Positions 1 through 12,911 of a DNA stretch of 64,000 bases are shown piece by piece (position 1 is the stretch's first letter; every line of letters starts with the position of its first letter). A program made the translations under genes and the position numbers. The notes beneath the pieces were generated by a model, which worked only from the letters and a program-made list of their open reading frames with translations, had not been told where the DNA came from and searched no databases. Origin of the DNA: a cyanobacterium endosymbiont of Rhopalodia gibba (lineage in GTDB: Bacteria > Cyanobacteriota > Cyanobacteriia > Cyanobacteriales > Microcystaceae). The stretch covers positions 1,408,001-1,472,000 of the forward strand of contig CP067995.1 of assembly GCA_045159875.1 (NCBI GenBank), in the 5' to 3' direction.

Positions 1-1
1 T

Positions 2-1723
2 GTGTCAGGAACTCTAGGCGGAACCCCTACTCAACCGGAAATACAAGGACAGTTTGCTTTTTTAACAGGAGCATTTCAAGGGCGAGCACTGAGAAAAAAC
101 CTGCAAGGACGATTTAGCTATCAAGATGGTCGGTTTAGACTGGCTACTACTAATGCATCCTTTGTGTACTTAGCAGTTAATATTCCTTTTCCCATTACCC
201 CCGACAATGATGTGTTTAACATTGAGGCAAAACTAGGTACAGACGCACTAGAGTTAGTGAGCGTTTTAACTGGAGAACAAGTAATCTTAATTGGCGGAGA
301 GGGGCAAGTTAACGCCCAAGTCCAAGGACGTATTAATCTTTTCAATGGACTGACAGTTAACGATTTAAACGCCCAAGGAAAGGTACTCTTAAGTGAAGCT
401 ATCTTCCAAAGTGCCGTTTTACCCGAACCTTTAACTATTAGCGGGGAAATTAACCTCGATGATCAAGCTATAAAAATTTCTCAACTACAAGGAACCTTTG
501 CCCAAAGCAACCTGATCATTGCCGGAGTCTTACCCTTATTTGAGTCCCAACCTCAAGTTGACAACCCCCTCACCATTGCTATTGAAAAAGGAACTATTGA
601 TTTAGAAGGATTATATAGTGGAGGAATAGAAGGCAGCATTTTTGTTACGGGAAATGCTCTTAAACCTTCTGTTAGCGGTGTGGTTCGTTTAGCTGATGGA
701 CAAGTCTTTATACCCGAAACCACAGAAATCGCCACAGGGTTGCCTAACGTTGCCTTAACTCAATCGTCAAGAACTCATCGTCAAGTAGTTTTCTCTCAAG
801 AAAATGTTCTTTTTATCCCTAAATTACAGGATTTTAGGGTTATTATTCAAAATTTATCGGTGCAAACTCTACCTCTATTTCAGTTTCAATTCGAGGGAGA
901 TTTAATAGTTAATGGCTCTTTAAATAATTTAACTAGCCTGAAGCCTCAAGGAAATATTACCCTCAATCGGGGACTGATTAATTTTCTTGAAACCCGCTTT
1001 TTTCTCGAACGTCGGAATCTTAATCAAATTATTTTTTATCCAGACAAAGGATTATTAAATCCTGATCTTGATCTACAACTGCGGACGATTGTTTCAGAAG
1101 TTCCTGAGACCTCAAAGAACTTCCGTGCGGCCGATACTACTGAAATTCCTGATGATAGTCTAAATAAGGTACAACGGATTGATATAAATTTGGCTCTTAA
1201 GGGATCTTTAAATCAGTTAATTCCCAGTTTTGACAAAGATAAATCTGAGTCGTGTTTGATTAAAAATCTTCCACAATCAATCCGTATTGAAACCACCTGG
1301 TCTGAGGAGGAATTAACTCTTTTAGAAAACTGTTTAACTCTTCTGGCTGAGCAAAGTCAAGGGAACTTAGATGAACAACTTCTAAGTAATCCAGTGATTA
1401 ATTTAACTAGTAGTCCTCCGCAGAGTCAAGGACAAATTGTCCGCTTATTAGGAAAACAACTATTTGTTTTAGCTGAATCTTTACAAGGACAAAGTACCGA
1501 GCAGTTAGTTCAATTTGGCATTGTCCAGTTAGCATTATCAATGGTATTCCAAACCCTCATTTATGATATGGAAAGTACCATCAGTGAAACGATTAGAAGT
1601 ACGGATTTTAGAGTTGTCCCATTCTTAGAAACTATTTATGAAGTGGAAGATAAAGGGTTTATTAAATTCTCCTATGATTACGGTCTTAATGAATTTCGAG
1701 TGCGCTACGAAAAACAATTTTAG
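2..1723 (+). CDS. Translocation/assembly module TamB (DUF490) family protein, C-terminal part (5' truncated by window edge)
   Basis: Open from window start. Repeated beta-taco-like segments and a C-terminal TamB-type region (LQDFRV..FQFEGDLIVNG..QGNITLNRGLIN..NPDLDLQL..LTSSPPQSQGQIVRLLG..VRYEKQF). Confidence 0.8.
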   Translation: MSGTLGGTPTQPEIQGQFAFLTGAFQGRALRKNLQGRFSYQDGRFRLATTNASFVYLAVNIPFPITPDNDVFNIEAKLGTDALELVSVLTGEQVILIGGEGQVNAQVQGRINLFNGLTVNDLNAQGKVLLSEAIFQSAVLPEPLTISGEINLDDQAIKISQLQGTFAQSNLIIAGVLPLFESQPQVDNPLTIAIEKGTIDLEGLYSGGIEGSIFVTGNALKPSVSGVVRLADGQVFIPETTEIATGLPNVALTQSSRTHRQVVFSQENVLFIPKLQDFRVIIQNLSVQTLPLFQFQFEGDLIVNGSLNNLTSLKPQGNITLNRGLINFLETRFFLERRNLNQIIFYPDKGLLNPDLDLQLRTIVSEVPETSKNFRAADTTEIPDDSLNKVQRIDINLALKGSLNQLIPSFDKDKSESCLIKNLPQSIRIETTWSEEELTLLENCLTLLAEQSQGNLDEQLLSNPVINLTSSPPQSQGQIVRLLGKQLFVLAESLQGQSTEQLVQFGIVQLALSMVFQTLIYDMESTISETIRSTDFRVVPFLETIYEVEDKGFIKFSYDYGLNEFRVRYEKQF

Positions 1724-2640
1724 TTTATTGAGACTCAAATATGTCTAGCTATTCAACGTTTCACTGTAAACAAATATTTTTCTTTAACCATTAGTAGTAG
1801 AACCAATACAAAAAACTAAATATTTTGCTATATATTAAGTTCAAATGATATCGAAGGATAGGGAGAGGCTTCTCCTTTTTTACGTATTTTTTTAAAAAAA
1901 ACTAGCAAACATATTCTACACAAATTCTAACCTAGAATCCCAATTCTAGAGCAATTAAAACCAGTTTCAAAGCAAACAATATTATCTCATCCATCTATAT
2001 AAATGTCGATATAGTTCTTTATTTTCTAATTCTATTAGCTTAATTTTGGAGACAGACTTGCATCTAGTAATTGCTCTTTTTTAGCTATTTTTTATATTGT
2101 ATTCATTTAAGAGCACTAGTAAGTTATTACTAGCATTTTACATTCATCTGAAATAGGAGAATAAATTTAGATTTACTTCTCTTACCATAGTCATATCCTC
2201 AATATGACAGTTTAGTTAGTTTATTCCTGGTGAGAAGATAGGTTAACCAAGATCAAACTCAATCCTCTATTAGATGACAATATCTTACAGCAACTCGAAC
2301 TGTCTCTTCCTTATTAATTAGGATTAATAGGTAAAAAAAATGCGATATGACTCAAATGAATTATTAAGAGGTTTAGATTTATTATTAAGTTTTCATTTGA
2401 CTGAAAGTCATGGTAATAACAGCAGTTTTCCTTTGGATAGATTAAAGTAAAAAAAATGTTAGTTGCATAAAAGATGCAGCTATATTCTATAGATAGTTCC
2501 AATGAAATTACAGAAATCAACAATAAATTCTACCAATTAACTCAACAACTAATTAGTTGATATATCCACTACTATTTTTATGAAACATCTAATTCAAATC
2601 TGCTAGAATTTAATGGTTAAACGATATTTCAAGTTAGGTT

Positions 2641-2690
2641 ATTGTCTCGTGCTGTAATTTTTTCTAAAAAAAATTACAGCACGAGACAAT
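2641..2690. repeat. Perfect inverted repeat, 23-bp arms, 4-nt loop; possible terminator between convergent tamB-like gene and lgt
   Basis: ATTGTCTCGTGCTGTAATTTTTT-CTAA-AAAAAATTACAGCACGAGACAAT read directly. Confidence 0.9.
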
Positions 2691-2776
2691 TTTATTCAGT
2701 AGAATAATTTATATCTCTTACTAGAATTTTTTTTTGATATTTAAACAGTTTGTTGAGTAGAAAAACCAGATGTTCA

Positions 2777-3631
2777 TTAATAACGAACATCTGGTAGTGA
2801 GCGCTTCGCCTTATAGAGCCAAATTAAACCCAAAATTCCCAATCCTATCATGACTAAACTAATCACTTGAGCAATTTTTAGATAGCCTAACATTAGGCTA
2901 TCTGTTCTCAATACTTCTATCCAAAATCTTCCAAAACTGTAGGCTATTAAATAGACTAAAGATAATGTACCTACTTGGATTTTGTCTCTATGTCTTAATC
3001 CCCAAAAAAATAGACTTAATAACAAAAAAAATACTAACAAATTCCAAATAAATTCATACAAGAAAGTAGGATGAAAATATTCCTGATCAATATATATTAA
3101 AGGACGGTAATTTACAGGAATATACAGTTTCCATGGTAAATTAGTCGGAGAACCAAAAGCTTCTGAATTAAAGAAATTTCCCCATCGTCCAATGGCTTGT
3201 CCTAAGGTTAAAGATGGCACAATTAAATCTGCCAACTGCCAAACAGAAACTTTATTTAAACTAGCAAAAATAATAGTTGCTAAAGTTCCTCCTATAATGG
3301 CTCCATGAATGGCAATTCCACCTTTCCAAATAGCAATAATATCCCCTGGATTTTGAGCGTATTGTTGCCATTCAAAGATGACATAATAAAGTCGAGCACA
3401 GGGAATAGCGGAAATTACCAACCAAATCACTAGATCAGCCACTAAATTGGGATCAACCTGACGTTTTTTGGCTAACCATTGGGATAAAGCAACACCAATT
3501 AAGACTGAAGACGAGATCAATAGGCCATACCAACGAATAGCAAAAAAACCAATTTCAAAGATAATTGGCCCTGGAGATTGAAACTGAAACCCTAATAAAC
3601 TGTTCATTATCCAAATTAATAGTTGAGACAT
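2777..3631 (-). CDS. lgt: Prolipoprotein diacylglyceryl transferase
   Basis: Motifs [63 protein letters not shown]. Confidence 0.97.
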   Translation of the reverse strand: MSQLLIWIMNSLLGFQFQSPGPIIFEIGFFAIRWYGLLISSSVLIGVALSQWLAKKRQVDPNLVADLVIWLVISAIPCARLYYVIFEWQQYAQNPGDIIAIWKGGIAIHGAIIGGTLATIIFASLNKVSVWQLADLIVPSLTLGQAIGRWGNFFNSEAFGSPTNLPWKLYIPVNYRPLIYIDQEYFHPTFLYEFIWNLLVFFLLLSLFFWGLRHRDKIQVGTLSLVYLIAYSFGRFWIEVLRTDSLMLGYLKIAQVISLVMIGLGILGLIWLYKAKRSLPDVRY

Positions 3632-3758
3632 CGGAGAAATAGAGTGTCAATACCAAAGTTAATCAAGTGCAATTGCATGGATCAATAGCTTTTGACCTCT
3701 ACGAAGTTAGCAGTTAAATGTTTTCTCCTTGTTATTTTCTCATAGTTCTCACAATTAC

Positions 3759-4823
3759 CTACTTCCATTCGGGGTGAGGTTCTACTGATAAACAAGGAGT
3801 ATATTGGTTAATCTGATTGATCATTTGATATAAACGACCAAGGTTGCGCTGGTCAAAATAAAAGACTAAGCGAGGTAAGCTTTCTGTTTCATCTCCTTTT
3901 TCACTAGGTAAAGCAGCACTTTTACAAATTGTTTCCTTGACAAGGATATCTGAATAGTCGTCATTGAGCTGGTCTACTTGTTCATCAGATAATTCTGAAT
4001 TAAGACGCATCACAAATAAATCTCCCACATAGCGACTTGAATGATACACGCAATAGAAATTATGGATAACGTTACAGGCATGAGCTAAATTGTCTGTAAC
4101 AGTATAGAGACTAAAATCTTCTGTACTAATTAATCCCCGTTGTAACAAATTCTTCTGGTTATGCTCGTTCCAAGTTTTCCAATAGTCGCCTCCAGGTTCA
4201 TCAATTAATACCAAAGGACAGGGTCCATATTTTCCTGTCTGAGAAAGAGTTAGGGTTTCAAAGACTTCATCTTGGGTGCCAAACCCTCCTGCAAATAGAG
4301 CTACTGCGTCGCTTTCTCGCAGAAAAAAGAGTTTTCGGGTAAAAAAGTATTTAAAATTAATCAATTTTGGATCATCAGCAATAAAAGGGTTGGCACTTTG
4401 TTCAAATGGTAATTGAATATTAAGTCCAAAAGAATGCTCTGGTCCTGCTCCTTCATTCCCTGCTTGCATTATTCCTCCTCCTCCTCCTGTAAGAACCATA
4501 AACCCAAGCTGAGTGATATAACGGGCAAATTCAACTGCTAAACGATACTCCGAACTTTGGGGAGACAGGCGAGACGAGCCAAAGATGGTAACTTTACGTA
4601 TGTGACGGTAAGGATAAAAAGTCTGAACCCCTTGTTCTAAGTCTTCTAGGGCAGCAGTTAAAATTTTCCAGTCGAGGCGGTCTATCTCTTCTCCCGCAAT
4701 TCTCAACAAAACAGATAATGCCCGTTGGACTAGGGTGCCGTGTTGATGTTCTGACAATTTTGCTATCAATTCCCCTATGTCCTTAGCTAAAGAAGGGATT
4801 GTATTATCTTTTGATAAAGTCAT
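3759..4823 (-). CDS. LOG family (TIGR00730-like) Rossmann-fold nucleotide phosphoribohydrolase, long cyanobacterial form
   Basis: VTIFGSSR, TGGGGGIMQAGNEGA, GLNIQLPFEQ, FKYFFTRKLFF, (A)GGFGTQDE. Confidence 0.9.
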   Translation of the reverse strand: MTLSKDNTIPSLAKDIGELIAKLSEHQHGTLVQRALSVLLRIAGEEIDRLDWKILTAALEDLEQGVQTFYPYRHIRKVTIFGSSRLSPQSSEYRLAVEFARYITQLGFMVLTGGGGGIMQAGNEGAGPEHSFGLNIQLPFEQSANPFIADDPKLINFKYFFTRKLFFLRESDAVALFAGGFGTQDEVFETLTLSQTGKYGPCPLVLIDEPGGDYWKTWNEHNQKNLLQRGLISTEDFSLYTVTDNLAHACNVIHNFYCVYHSSRYVGDLFVMRLNSELSDEQVDQLNDDYSDILVKETICKSAALPSEKGDETESLPRLVFYFDQRNLGRLYQMINQINQYTPCLSVEPHPEWK

Positions 4824-5518
4824 AGTTTTGTATTGAAGACTACCCTCATTGTATCGGAATTTCTATTTTTTAAAATAAAACTCTATATGTTTAAAAATAC
4901 ATATAATTAAAAATATAGAGCTTTACTATTAGCTTAATTTTTGTATTGTTTTACTCTTATTTTTTTAGTTTGATTGAGTAACAATTATAGTTTTTTTAGA
5001 CTAAGTATGATGAGCTGATGTTTAGTATTTTTTATAATTTTTATACTGACTGCATTCTATTATTCCAAAAACTTGGTATTTATCAAGCTCGAGTTTTTTA
5101 TATCTTGATAAATAAGTAAAACAAGACTTCTAGTTTTTATTTACTATGATTTTGTCACAGCTAGCCTAGTATAGATATACTTATTAAGTCTTCAAAAGCT
5201 AGAAAAAACTAATAGGAGTTTTCGGTTAAATAGATAGTTTTCTAAAGATGTATAGGAGTTGGAAGTCTATAAATTTTTACTATTAATATGAAAAACGGTA
5301 TGGACCTGCATCGAAAACCCTACTAACTCTTCTAGAAGAAAATAATAGATATTTTAAAAGGTGAAATAGCAATTTCTCTGTCAACTGTCATGAATTGAGT
5401 TTCATTACTAACCATTTCTATTTTTTGATTTTTGTGTACTTTTGTTTTTTAAAACGATAAAAGTGTTATTTTAAAAGTAAATGAATATTGTTTTATTAAA
5501 TAAAATTTTTAATGAAAA

Positions 5519-5677
5519 ATGGATAATTGTCCTATTTGTTCTAGTAAAATTCTACGGCATATCAATCATCACAAAATTTACTGGTATTGTCCCCATTGCC
5601 ATGAAAAGGTTCCTAATTTCACTCGGGTTTTAGTTTCTCAGAAGATTCATGAGGTTGTGAATGACGAAAAACGTTAA
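5519..5677 (+). CDS. Small Cys/His-rich putative zinc-ribbon protein (52 aa), below the ORF-track cutoff
   Basis: Translated by hand: MDNCPICSSKILRHINHHKIYWYCPHCHEKVPNFTRVLVSQKIHEVVNDEKR*. Two CxxC pairs; resembles a small conserved cyanobacterial CPxCSxxLLRH..YWFCxxC..MP family. Confidence 0.75.
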   Translation: MDNCPICSSKILRHINHHKIYWYCPHCHEKVPNFTRVLVSQKIHEVVNDEKR

Positions 5678-5970
5678 TATGTAACAGTCAAAATTAATTG
5701 TTAAACTCTTTAAAAGAGCAGGACAACATATAAATACTCATAATATGGCTGGTCTGATCAATCCCGCCATAGCGCACAGTGCACAAGGGATATGATATGG
5801 TCAGATACATTACCAAACTGTTGATTTGTCAAAAATCGGGTTGATATTTTGATGATCGATTAATAAACTTGGACAGTCAACCAATCAAATCAATCATCTC
5901 AACTCCCTTAAAGAACTTCAACAGATCAATCAAGACCATTTACTCCCCTTACGTCAAGAGAGTGCAACGT

Positions 5971-7047
5971 ATGGATTTTTTCGTGCTAGGTAAACTCTTA
6001 GCTGGATTAGTATTATTAGTCATTGGTGCAGAAGGATTAGTCAATGGTGCATCTTTCCTGGCAGCTAGTTTGGGGATTTCTCCGTTGGTCATTGGGTTAA
6101 CTATTGTTGCTTATGGGACAAGTTCACCCGAAATGGCTGTGGCTATTCAATCAAGTTTTGCCGGACAAGCCGATATTGCGTTGGGGAATGTAGTTGGTAG
6201 TAATATTTTTAATGTCTTAGTCATTTTAGGGTTATCCGCCTTGGCAATGCCTTTAATAGTGGCAAAACAGTTAATTAGACTTGAGGTTCCCATCATGATT
6301 GGAATTTCATTCCTAACTTTGTTGTTTGGATTTGACGGCTTGATTAACCGCTCAGATGGATTAATTTTAGTAATCGGTGGAATTATTTATACTATTTTTC
6401 TCATTTATCAAGGGTCAAAACAACCTCCTGAAGAAAAAGAATATGAAAAATATACCGTCTTAGGAGATGTTTCAGTTTTTCAATGGGTGAAGAATTTGGG
6501 GTTAATGTTAGGGGGAACAGGGCTATTAATTTTAGGCTCTCGTTGGTTGGTGGAAAGTTCTACTAGCATCGCCCTCACCATTGGGGTTAGTGAATTAGTT
6601 ATCGGTTTGACGATTGTTGCAGTGGGAACGTCATTACCAGAATTGGCTACCTCCGTTATGGCTACTTTAAAAGGAGAGCGAGATATTGCGGTTGGTAACG
6701 TGATTGGAAGTAACATATTTAATATTTCGGCTGTATTAGGTATAGGGGCTATGGTTTCTCCTCAAGGCATCCCTGTTTCTAGTGCTGCAATTGGATTTGA
6801 TCTACCAGTGATGATTGCCATCACTATTTCTTGTTTACCTATTTTCCTTACAGGACATGTAATTGACCGTTGGGAAGGATTACTGTTTGTTAGTTATTAT
6901 ATTGCCTACACAACTTATTTGATTCTACGTTCGACGGAACACAATAGTCTACAGATATTCAGTAATATCATGCTCCTTGTTGTTATTCCCCTTACTGTAC
7001 TGACTTTAACTATAGCCACAGTCAATAGTTTATGGAAACAAAGGTAA
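5971..7047 (+). CDS. Calcium/sodium antiporter (CaCA, YrbG-like)
   Basis: Two alpha repeats (GLTIVAYGTSSPE..GNVVGSNIFN and GLTIVAVGTSLPE..GNVIGSNIFN). ATG at 5971 preferred over the TTG at 5869. Confidence 0.93.
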   Translation: MDFFVLGKLLAGLVLLVIGAEGLVNGASFLAASLGISPLVIGLTIVAYGTSSPEMAVAIQSSFAGQADIALGNVVGSNIFNVLVILGLSALAMPLIVAKQLIRLEVPIMIGISFLTLLFGFDGLINRSDGLILVIGGIIYTIFLIYQGSKQPPEEKEYEKYTVLGDVSVFQWVKNLGLMLGGTGLLILGSRWLVESSTSIALTIGVSELVIGLTIVAVGTSLPELATSVMATLKGERDIAVGNVIGSNIFNISAVLGIGAMVSPQGIPVSSAAIGFDLPVMIAITISCLPIFLTGHVIDRWEGLLFVSYYIAYTTYLILRSTEHNSLQIFSNIMLLVVIPLTVLTLTIATVNSLWKQR

Positions 7048-7374
7048 AACGATAAATTTTCCCCAATGAGTATTTAAGTTGTTCCTCGTCAATAGCTATT
7101 ATAAAGACTTCAATTAGAGTTATTCTCGACCCAAACTATTTATCCGAAGAGGTGTATTAGTAAGGATTGTATTTATCTATGCTGCCAACAGTAGTTTTTA
7201 ACACTCTATTCTCGATATAGGTCATAAAATTGTTATTTAGAACACTTAATTAATGCAATCTCTGTAATATTTTTCATAAACTACTAACTGAAAAAATAAA
7301 TAAAGATATCACGGAGAATCATTAACAAAATGAATTAGAGTTTTTTAATGAAGATAAAAAATAAAAGAAGAGAT

Positions 7375-7409
7375 TATTTTCTGTGTCATTAATAATAACA
7401 CAGAAAATA
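7375..7409. terminator. Hairpin with 12-bp arms between convergent antiporter and membrane-protein genes; candidate terminator
   Basis: TATTTTCTGTGT ... ACACAGAAAATA. Confidence 0.5.
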
Positions 7410-7563
7410 GATTAGTCAAATAGCTGGACTAAGAAAATTTAAATTAAATAAGAAATGTTAAATAATTAAATATAAAAAAAATTTGACGATAATATTTTTT
7501 AAACTTGTGTTTGTTAGAAAACAACTCTGATGTTAAATACTGGCAAAAGTATAAACCTAAAAG

Positions 7564-7908
7564 TTACTCTTTAGTCTCTAATAATTGACTAAGAAATCCA
7601 GAAACAAGAGATAAAATAATTGAACCCAATAAGGCATCCCAAAAGGTATTAATGCTAAACCCTGGGGTAAAATAACTCACTAAAGAAAAAGCAATAGCAT
7701 TAACCACAAATAAAAACAATCCTAAACTCAAAAAAGTCAAAGGAAGTGTAAATAAAATTAGAATAGGCCGAACAATAGCATTAACTACCCCCATCACAAT
7801 AGCAGCAAAGACAGCAGCAACAAGAGATTCAATGAAAATACCTGGAATAACATAAGCCGTAATTAATAGTGAGATTGCTGTGATAAGCCACGTAAATAAA
7901 AATTGCAT
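7564..7908 (-). CDS. 4-TM membrane protein, 'phage holin family'/YvlD-like
   Basis: WLITAISLL..PG..VNAIVRPIL..LTFLSLGLFLFVVNA..PGF..FWDALLGS pattern; directly downstream of xfp on the same strand. Confidence 0.88.
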   Translation of the reverse strand: MQFLFTWLITAISLLITAYVIPGIFIESLVAAVFAAIVMGVVNAIVRPILILFTLPLTFLSLGLFLFVVNAIAFSLVSYFTPGFSINTFWDALLGSIILSLVSGFLSQLLETKE

Positions 7909-8021
7909 GTTAGTTATTCAACCTCTTTTTAAGAAGAGACAGATCAAGTTTATAGGAGTAAACAATGATCATGTCCCGTTAAAAGATTTCCCTAATTATC
8001 ACTATTTATTATTAGCTTAAA

Positions 8022-10430
8022 TTAGTAAGGCCATTTCCATTCAGTTATTTCCGGTTTGTCGATGCCATTTTCATAGGCATAAGCCTTATGTTCTATAATA
8101 GCATTTTTCATACGTTCATGAACATAAGCGGCAGCTGACCCTAATTTAGAAACACGGTGAATGACATCAATCACTAAATTAAAGCGATCAATTTGATTAT
8201 TTATCGCTAATTCGAAGGGGGTATTAATATTACCCTTTTCTTTATAACCACGAACATGAAGGTTAGCATGGTTAGTGCGACGATAGGTTAACTTATGAAT
8301 TAACCAAGGGTAGCCGTGAAAGTTAAAAATAATCGGCTTATCTTTAGTAAACAAGTTGTCAAAATCCCAATCTGAAAGTCCATGAGGATGTTCTCGTTCC
8401 GGTTGTAATTTAAACAAGTCAACTACATTAACAAACCGCACTTTTAACGTAGGAAATTCTTCTCGTAAAATAGCAGTAGCGGCTAAAGCCTCTTTAGTGG
8501 CAATGTCACCACAAGAGGCCATGACCACATCAGGGATATCAAGTTCTGTGCCACAATCATCGTTACTAGCCCAATTCCAAATACCAATGCCCTTTGTACA
8601 ATGTTCAACAGCTTTTTCTATGCTTAAATATTGAAGGTGTTTCTGTTTATCGGAAACGATGACGTTAACATAGTTCTTACTTCGGAAACAATGATCTCCA
8701 ACAGACAGCAAACAGTTAGCGTCGGGGGGAAAATACACTCGAACTACGTCTGCACTCTTATTGGTAACAAGATCAACATATCCTGGATCTTGGTGACTAA
8801 ACCCATTATGATCCTGTCGCCAAACAGTTGAAGACAACATGATATTTAGGGAAGAAATCGATGCCCGCCAAGAGACTTTATTTTTGCAGATATCAAGCCA
8901 TTTAGCATGCTGGTTAAACATTGAGTCAACTACGTGAGCAAACGCCTCATAGGTGTGGAAGAATCCGTGACGACCTGTTAATAAATAGCCTTCTAGCCAT
9001 CCTTGTAACGTATGTTCGCTCAGTATTTCCATTACCCGTCCATCAGTAGCAATTTCAGTGCCGTCAGCATCTTCAGGGAGAATCTCAGCCATCCAGACTT
9101 TTTTACTTACTTGGTAAATATTGCTTAGACGATTAGAGGCAGTCTCATCAGGACCAAAAACACGGAAGTTAGTCATGTTGTTAGCCATGATATCCCGTAA
9201 AAAATTTCCAAACAAGAAAGTATTTCCTGCCTTTATTGTTCCAGGCTTGCTTACCTCAACCTTATAGTTACGGAAGTCAGGCATTTCAAGGTCTTTACGG
9301 AGTAACCCTCCATTGGCGTGAGGATTAGCACTGATACGGCGATAGCTAATGGGAGCAAGTTTCTGTAATTCGGGAATTAATGTACCATTTTCATCAAAAA
9401 GTTCTTCGGGTTTGTAACTCTTCATCCAGTCTTCAAGAACTTTTAGGTGAGCAGCATTATTGTGCATTTCTGACAAGGGAACTTGATGTGATCGCCAGAA
9501 GTTTTCTGTCTTTTTGCCATCTACTTCTTTAGGACCTGTCCATCCTTTTGGAGAACGTAACACAATCATTGGCCACATGGGGCGTTTAGCTGTCCCACTG
9601 CTATACGCTTCTTGTTGAATTCGTTTAATTTCTTTGATCGCTGCTTCCAGGGTAGCGGCCATTTTCTGATGCATTACTTCAGGATCAGACCCTTCGACAA
9701 AGTAAGGGTTATAACCGTACCCCTTAAAGAGAGATTCTAGTTCTTCATGACTAATACGAGCCAAAATTGTTGGATTAGCAATTTTATAACCGTTGAGGTG
9801 CAAAATAGGTAACACAGCACCATCGCGGATGGGGTTGAGAAATTTATTAGAATGCCAAGAAGTGGCTAATGGTCCAGTCTCTGCTTCTCCATCTCCTACC
9901 ACGGCAGCAACGATAAGGTTGGGGTTATCTAAGGCCGCGCCGTAGGCGTGGGAGAGACAATAGCCCAATTCTCCCCCTTCATGAATTGAGCCAGGAATTT
10001 CTGGAGTACAATGGCTACCGATTCCCCCAGGAAAGGAAAATTGCTTGAAAAACTTTTTCATTCCCTCCTCATCTTGCCTTTTATCAGGGTAAGTCTCAGA
10101 ATAAGTTCCTTCAAGATACACTGGACCAAGTATTCCGGGAGCGCCGTGACCAGGACCTGCCAGATAAATCACCTCTAAATCATATTTTTTAATCAGGCGA
10201 TTGAGGTGGATATAAATAAAGCTCAAACCAGGACTTGAGCCCCAATGTCCTAACAAACGGTGTTTAATGTGTTCTTCCTTCAAAGGTTCTTTGAGTAAAG
10301 GATTATCTTGTAGATAAATCATCCCAACAGCAAGGTAGTTACAAGCTCGCCAATAAGCATGAATTTTTTGCAACTCGCTGCTAGAAAGAGGGGTTTGTTC
10401 TAAGGTTAGTTTTTCCGGTGTAGCTGTCAT
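8022..10430 (-). CDS. xfp: Xylulose-5-phosphate/fructose-6-phosphate phosphoketolase
   Basis: [23 protein letters not shown]-binding [43 protein letters not shown]. Confidence 0.97.
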   Translation of the reverse strand: MTATPEKLTLEQTPLSSSELQKIHAYWRACNYLAVGMIYLQDNPLLKEPLKEEHIKHRLLGHWGSSPGLSFIYIHLNRLIKKYDLEVIYLAGPGHGAPGILGPVYLEGTYSETYPDKRQDEEGMKKFFKQFSFPGGIGSHCTPEIPGSIHEGGELGYCLSHAYGAALDNPNLIVAAVVGDGEAETGPLATSWHSNKFLNPIRDGAVLPILHLNGYKIANPTILARISHEELESLFKGYGYNPYFVEGSDPEVMHQKMAATLEAAIKEIKRIQQEAYSSGTAKRPMWPMIVLRSPKGWTGPKEVDGKKTENFWRSHQVPLSEMHNNAAHLKVLEDWMKSYKPEELFDENGTLIPELQKLAPISYRRISANPHANGGLLRKDLEMPDFRNYKVEVSKPGTIKAGNTFLFGNFLRDIMANNMTNFRVFGPDETASNRLSNIYQVSKKVWMAEILPEDADGTEIATDGRVMEILSEHTLQGWLEGYLLTGRHGFFHTYEAFAHVVDSMFNQHAKWLDICKNKVSWRASISSLNIMLSSTVWRQDHNGFSHQDPGYVDLVTNKSADVVRVYFPPDANCLLSVGDHCFRSKNYVNVIVSDKQKHLQYLSIEKAVEHCTKGIGIWNWASNDDCGTELDIPDVVMASCGDIATKEALAATAILREEFPTLKVRFVNVVDLFKLQPEREHPHGLSDWDFDNLFTKDKPIIFNFHGYPWLIHKLTYRRTNHANLHVRGYKEKGNINTPFELAINNQIDRFNLVIDVIHRVSKLGSAAAYVHERMKNAIIEHKAYAYENGIDKPEITEWKWPY

Positions 10431-10959
10431 AGTTTATTATTTTAAAATTGCATCTTAAGTTAATTATTATAAATTATTGACTGTTAGTATAGTCATTTCT
10501 TTTAGGTTTATTTTCCTGTAAGGAAATAAAATAATTATCATAAAATGGTAACTATAGTTTTTTAGCCTAGCTGTGACACTATTTTTTTTATAGAAAATAA
10601 AGAATGTTACTTTAAAAAGCTCTTAAAACTATCAGAACTTAGTGCTTATATAGATTAAGTATTTGGAGTGACAGATTTTCATTAGAATAATAGTTTTGAA
10701 GATTGTTAGTTACCAATCTGTTCTGTAATTTTTAGTCTGGAAGAGCTATAACTGTTTACTAATGTAGTAAGTTTAATGACTTAAAACGAACAATGTAATT
10801 AACTAGATTTTTTTAAGTTATGGGATCAAATCAGAATGACCAAAAATTGAAAAAGTTTATGAAAGACAAAAAATCAACTAAAAACTCATAAAATGTTAAT
10901 ATTTCAAGCTTTACTTAAGATATAAGTTACGGGAGATACAGTACTGTAAGGATAAATAG

Positions 10960-12054
<1,095 letters not shown>

Positions 12055-12521
12055 TTTTTCCGGATCTTCTAGACTAGCTGTGGAAGAGCTATAATTAGGT
12101 TACACTACACTCTTCCCCGATTTATAAAGTAGAAGTTATAGAGTGTTTAATTGATTCATCTAAAAGAGAACATCTAGTTCCCCATCATAGTTTTTTAACT
12201 AGTGTTAATACTCTGCTCCTCTGTCGTAACCTCTAGCCCTAAAATTTTAGCTATATATTGAACCATGAACACTTTCAATTTGATTGACTTTTTTTACTAA
12301 AACTGTTGAAAATTTCTCCCGATTAGTCCAAAGTTCATCTGTGACTTCAATTGAATGAAGACCCTTAAATAGGAGGATTTCACTATCGAGGAGGTTTGTT
12401 AGTTCTCCAGAGCATTTCCCCAAAAACTGGGCATCACAAATTAGTCCATAGCTAGATTAAAGAAAAGGGTAAGCATTATGATCATCGTAATGATCGTTAA
12501 AAATAGAATCAGCGATTGTCC

Positions 12522-12581
12522 TTGATGTCAACAAGTTAGCCGAGATAATCGTTGATGTCAACAAGTTAGCCGAGATAATCG
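12522..12581. repeat. Perfect 30-bp direct tandem duplication
   Basis: TTGATGTCAACAAGTTAGCCGAGATAATCG at 12522-12551 and 12552-12581. Confidence 0.95.
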
Positions 12582-12911
12582 TTTAGAAATATCACCAATA
12601 ATTTTCATAAAGAATTAATCATTTTAAATAACTCGACAAATATTGATTAGCTCTAACTATAAAAAATTTTCCAAAAACATGATGTTAGAATTAATTTAGT
12701 AAGTCAACTCTAATGAGTTGAAGCCGGTCTAGAGACTAAAGAGAATTAATAATAGGTTATCCTAATTAAGGAAGTGGACTGGTTATTGTATAAATGCTCT
12801 TGACTGTTATAGAGGTTTGACCATGGAAAATCTCCCTGAGACAAGTTAAGTGACAAACTTAGATTAAAATATGTGTACTCTAGTGATCGTGGTTTAGTCA
12901 TTATCCCGACA

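Noticed and set aside
2314..2523. 69-aa minus-strand ORF, and similar ORFs at 19105-19299 and 28035-28244
   Set aside because: I/N/F/K-rich translations of AT-rich spacer with no recognisable family or RBS.
7564..7908. Holin-family gene as evidence of a prophage
   Set aside because: No phage genes nearby; this 4-TM family is common in non-phage chromosomal contexts.
10926..10939. NtcA-like site GTT-N8-TAC upstream of gap
   Set aside because: Mismatch to GTA-N8-TAC and expected by chance in AT-rich DNA.
12522..12581. 30-bp repeat as a possible CRISPR array
   Set aside because: Two copies directly abutting, no spacer, no cas genes in the window.
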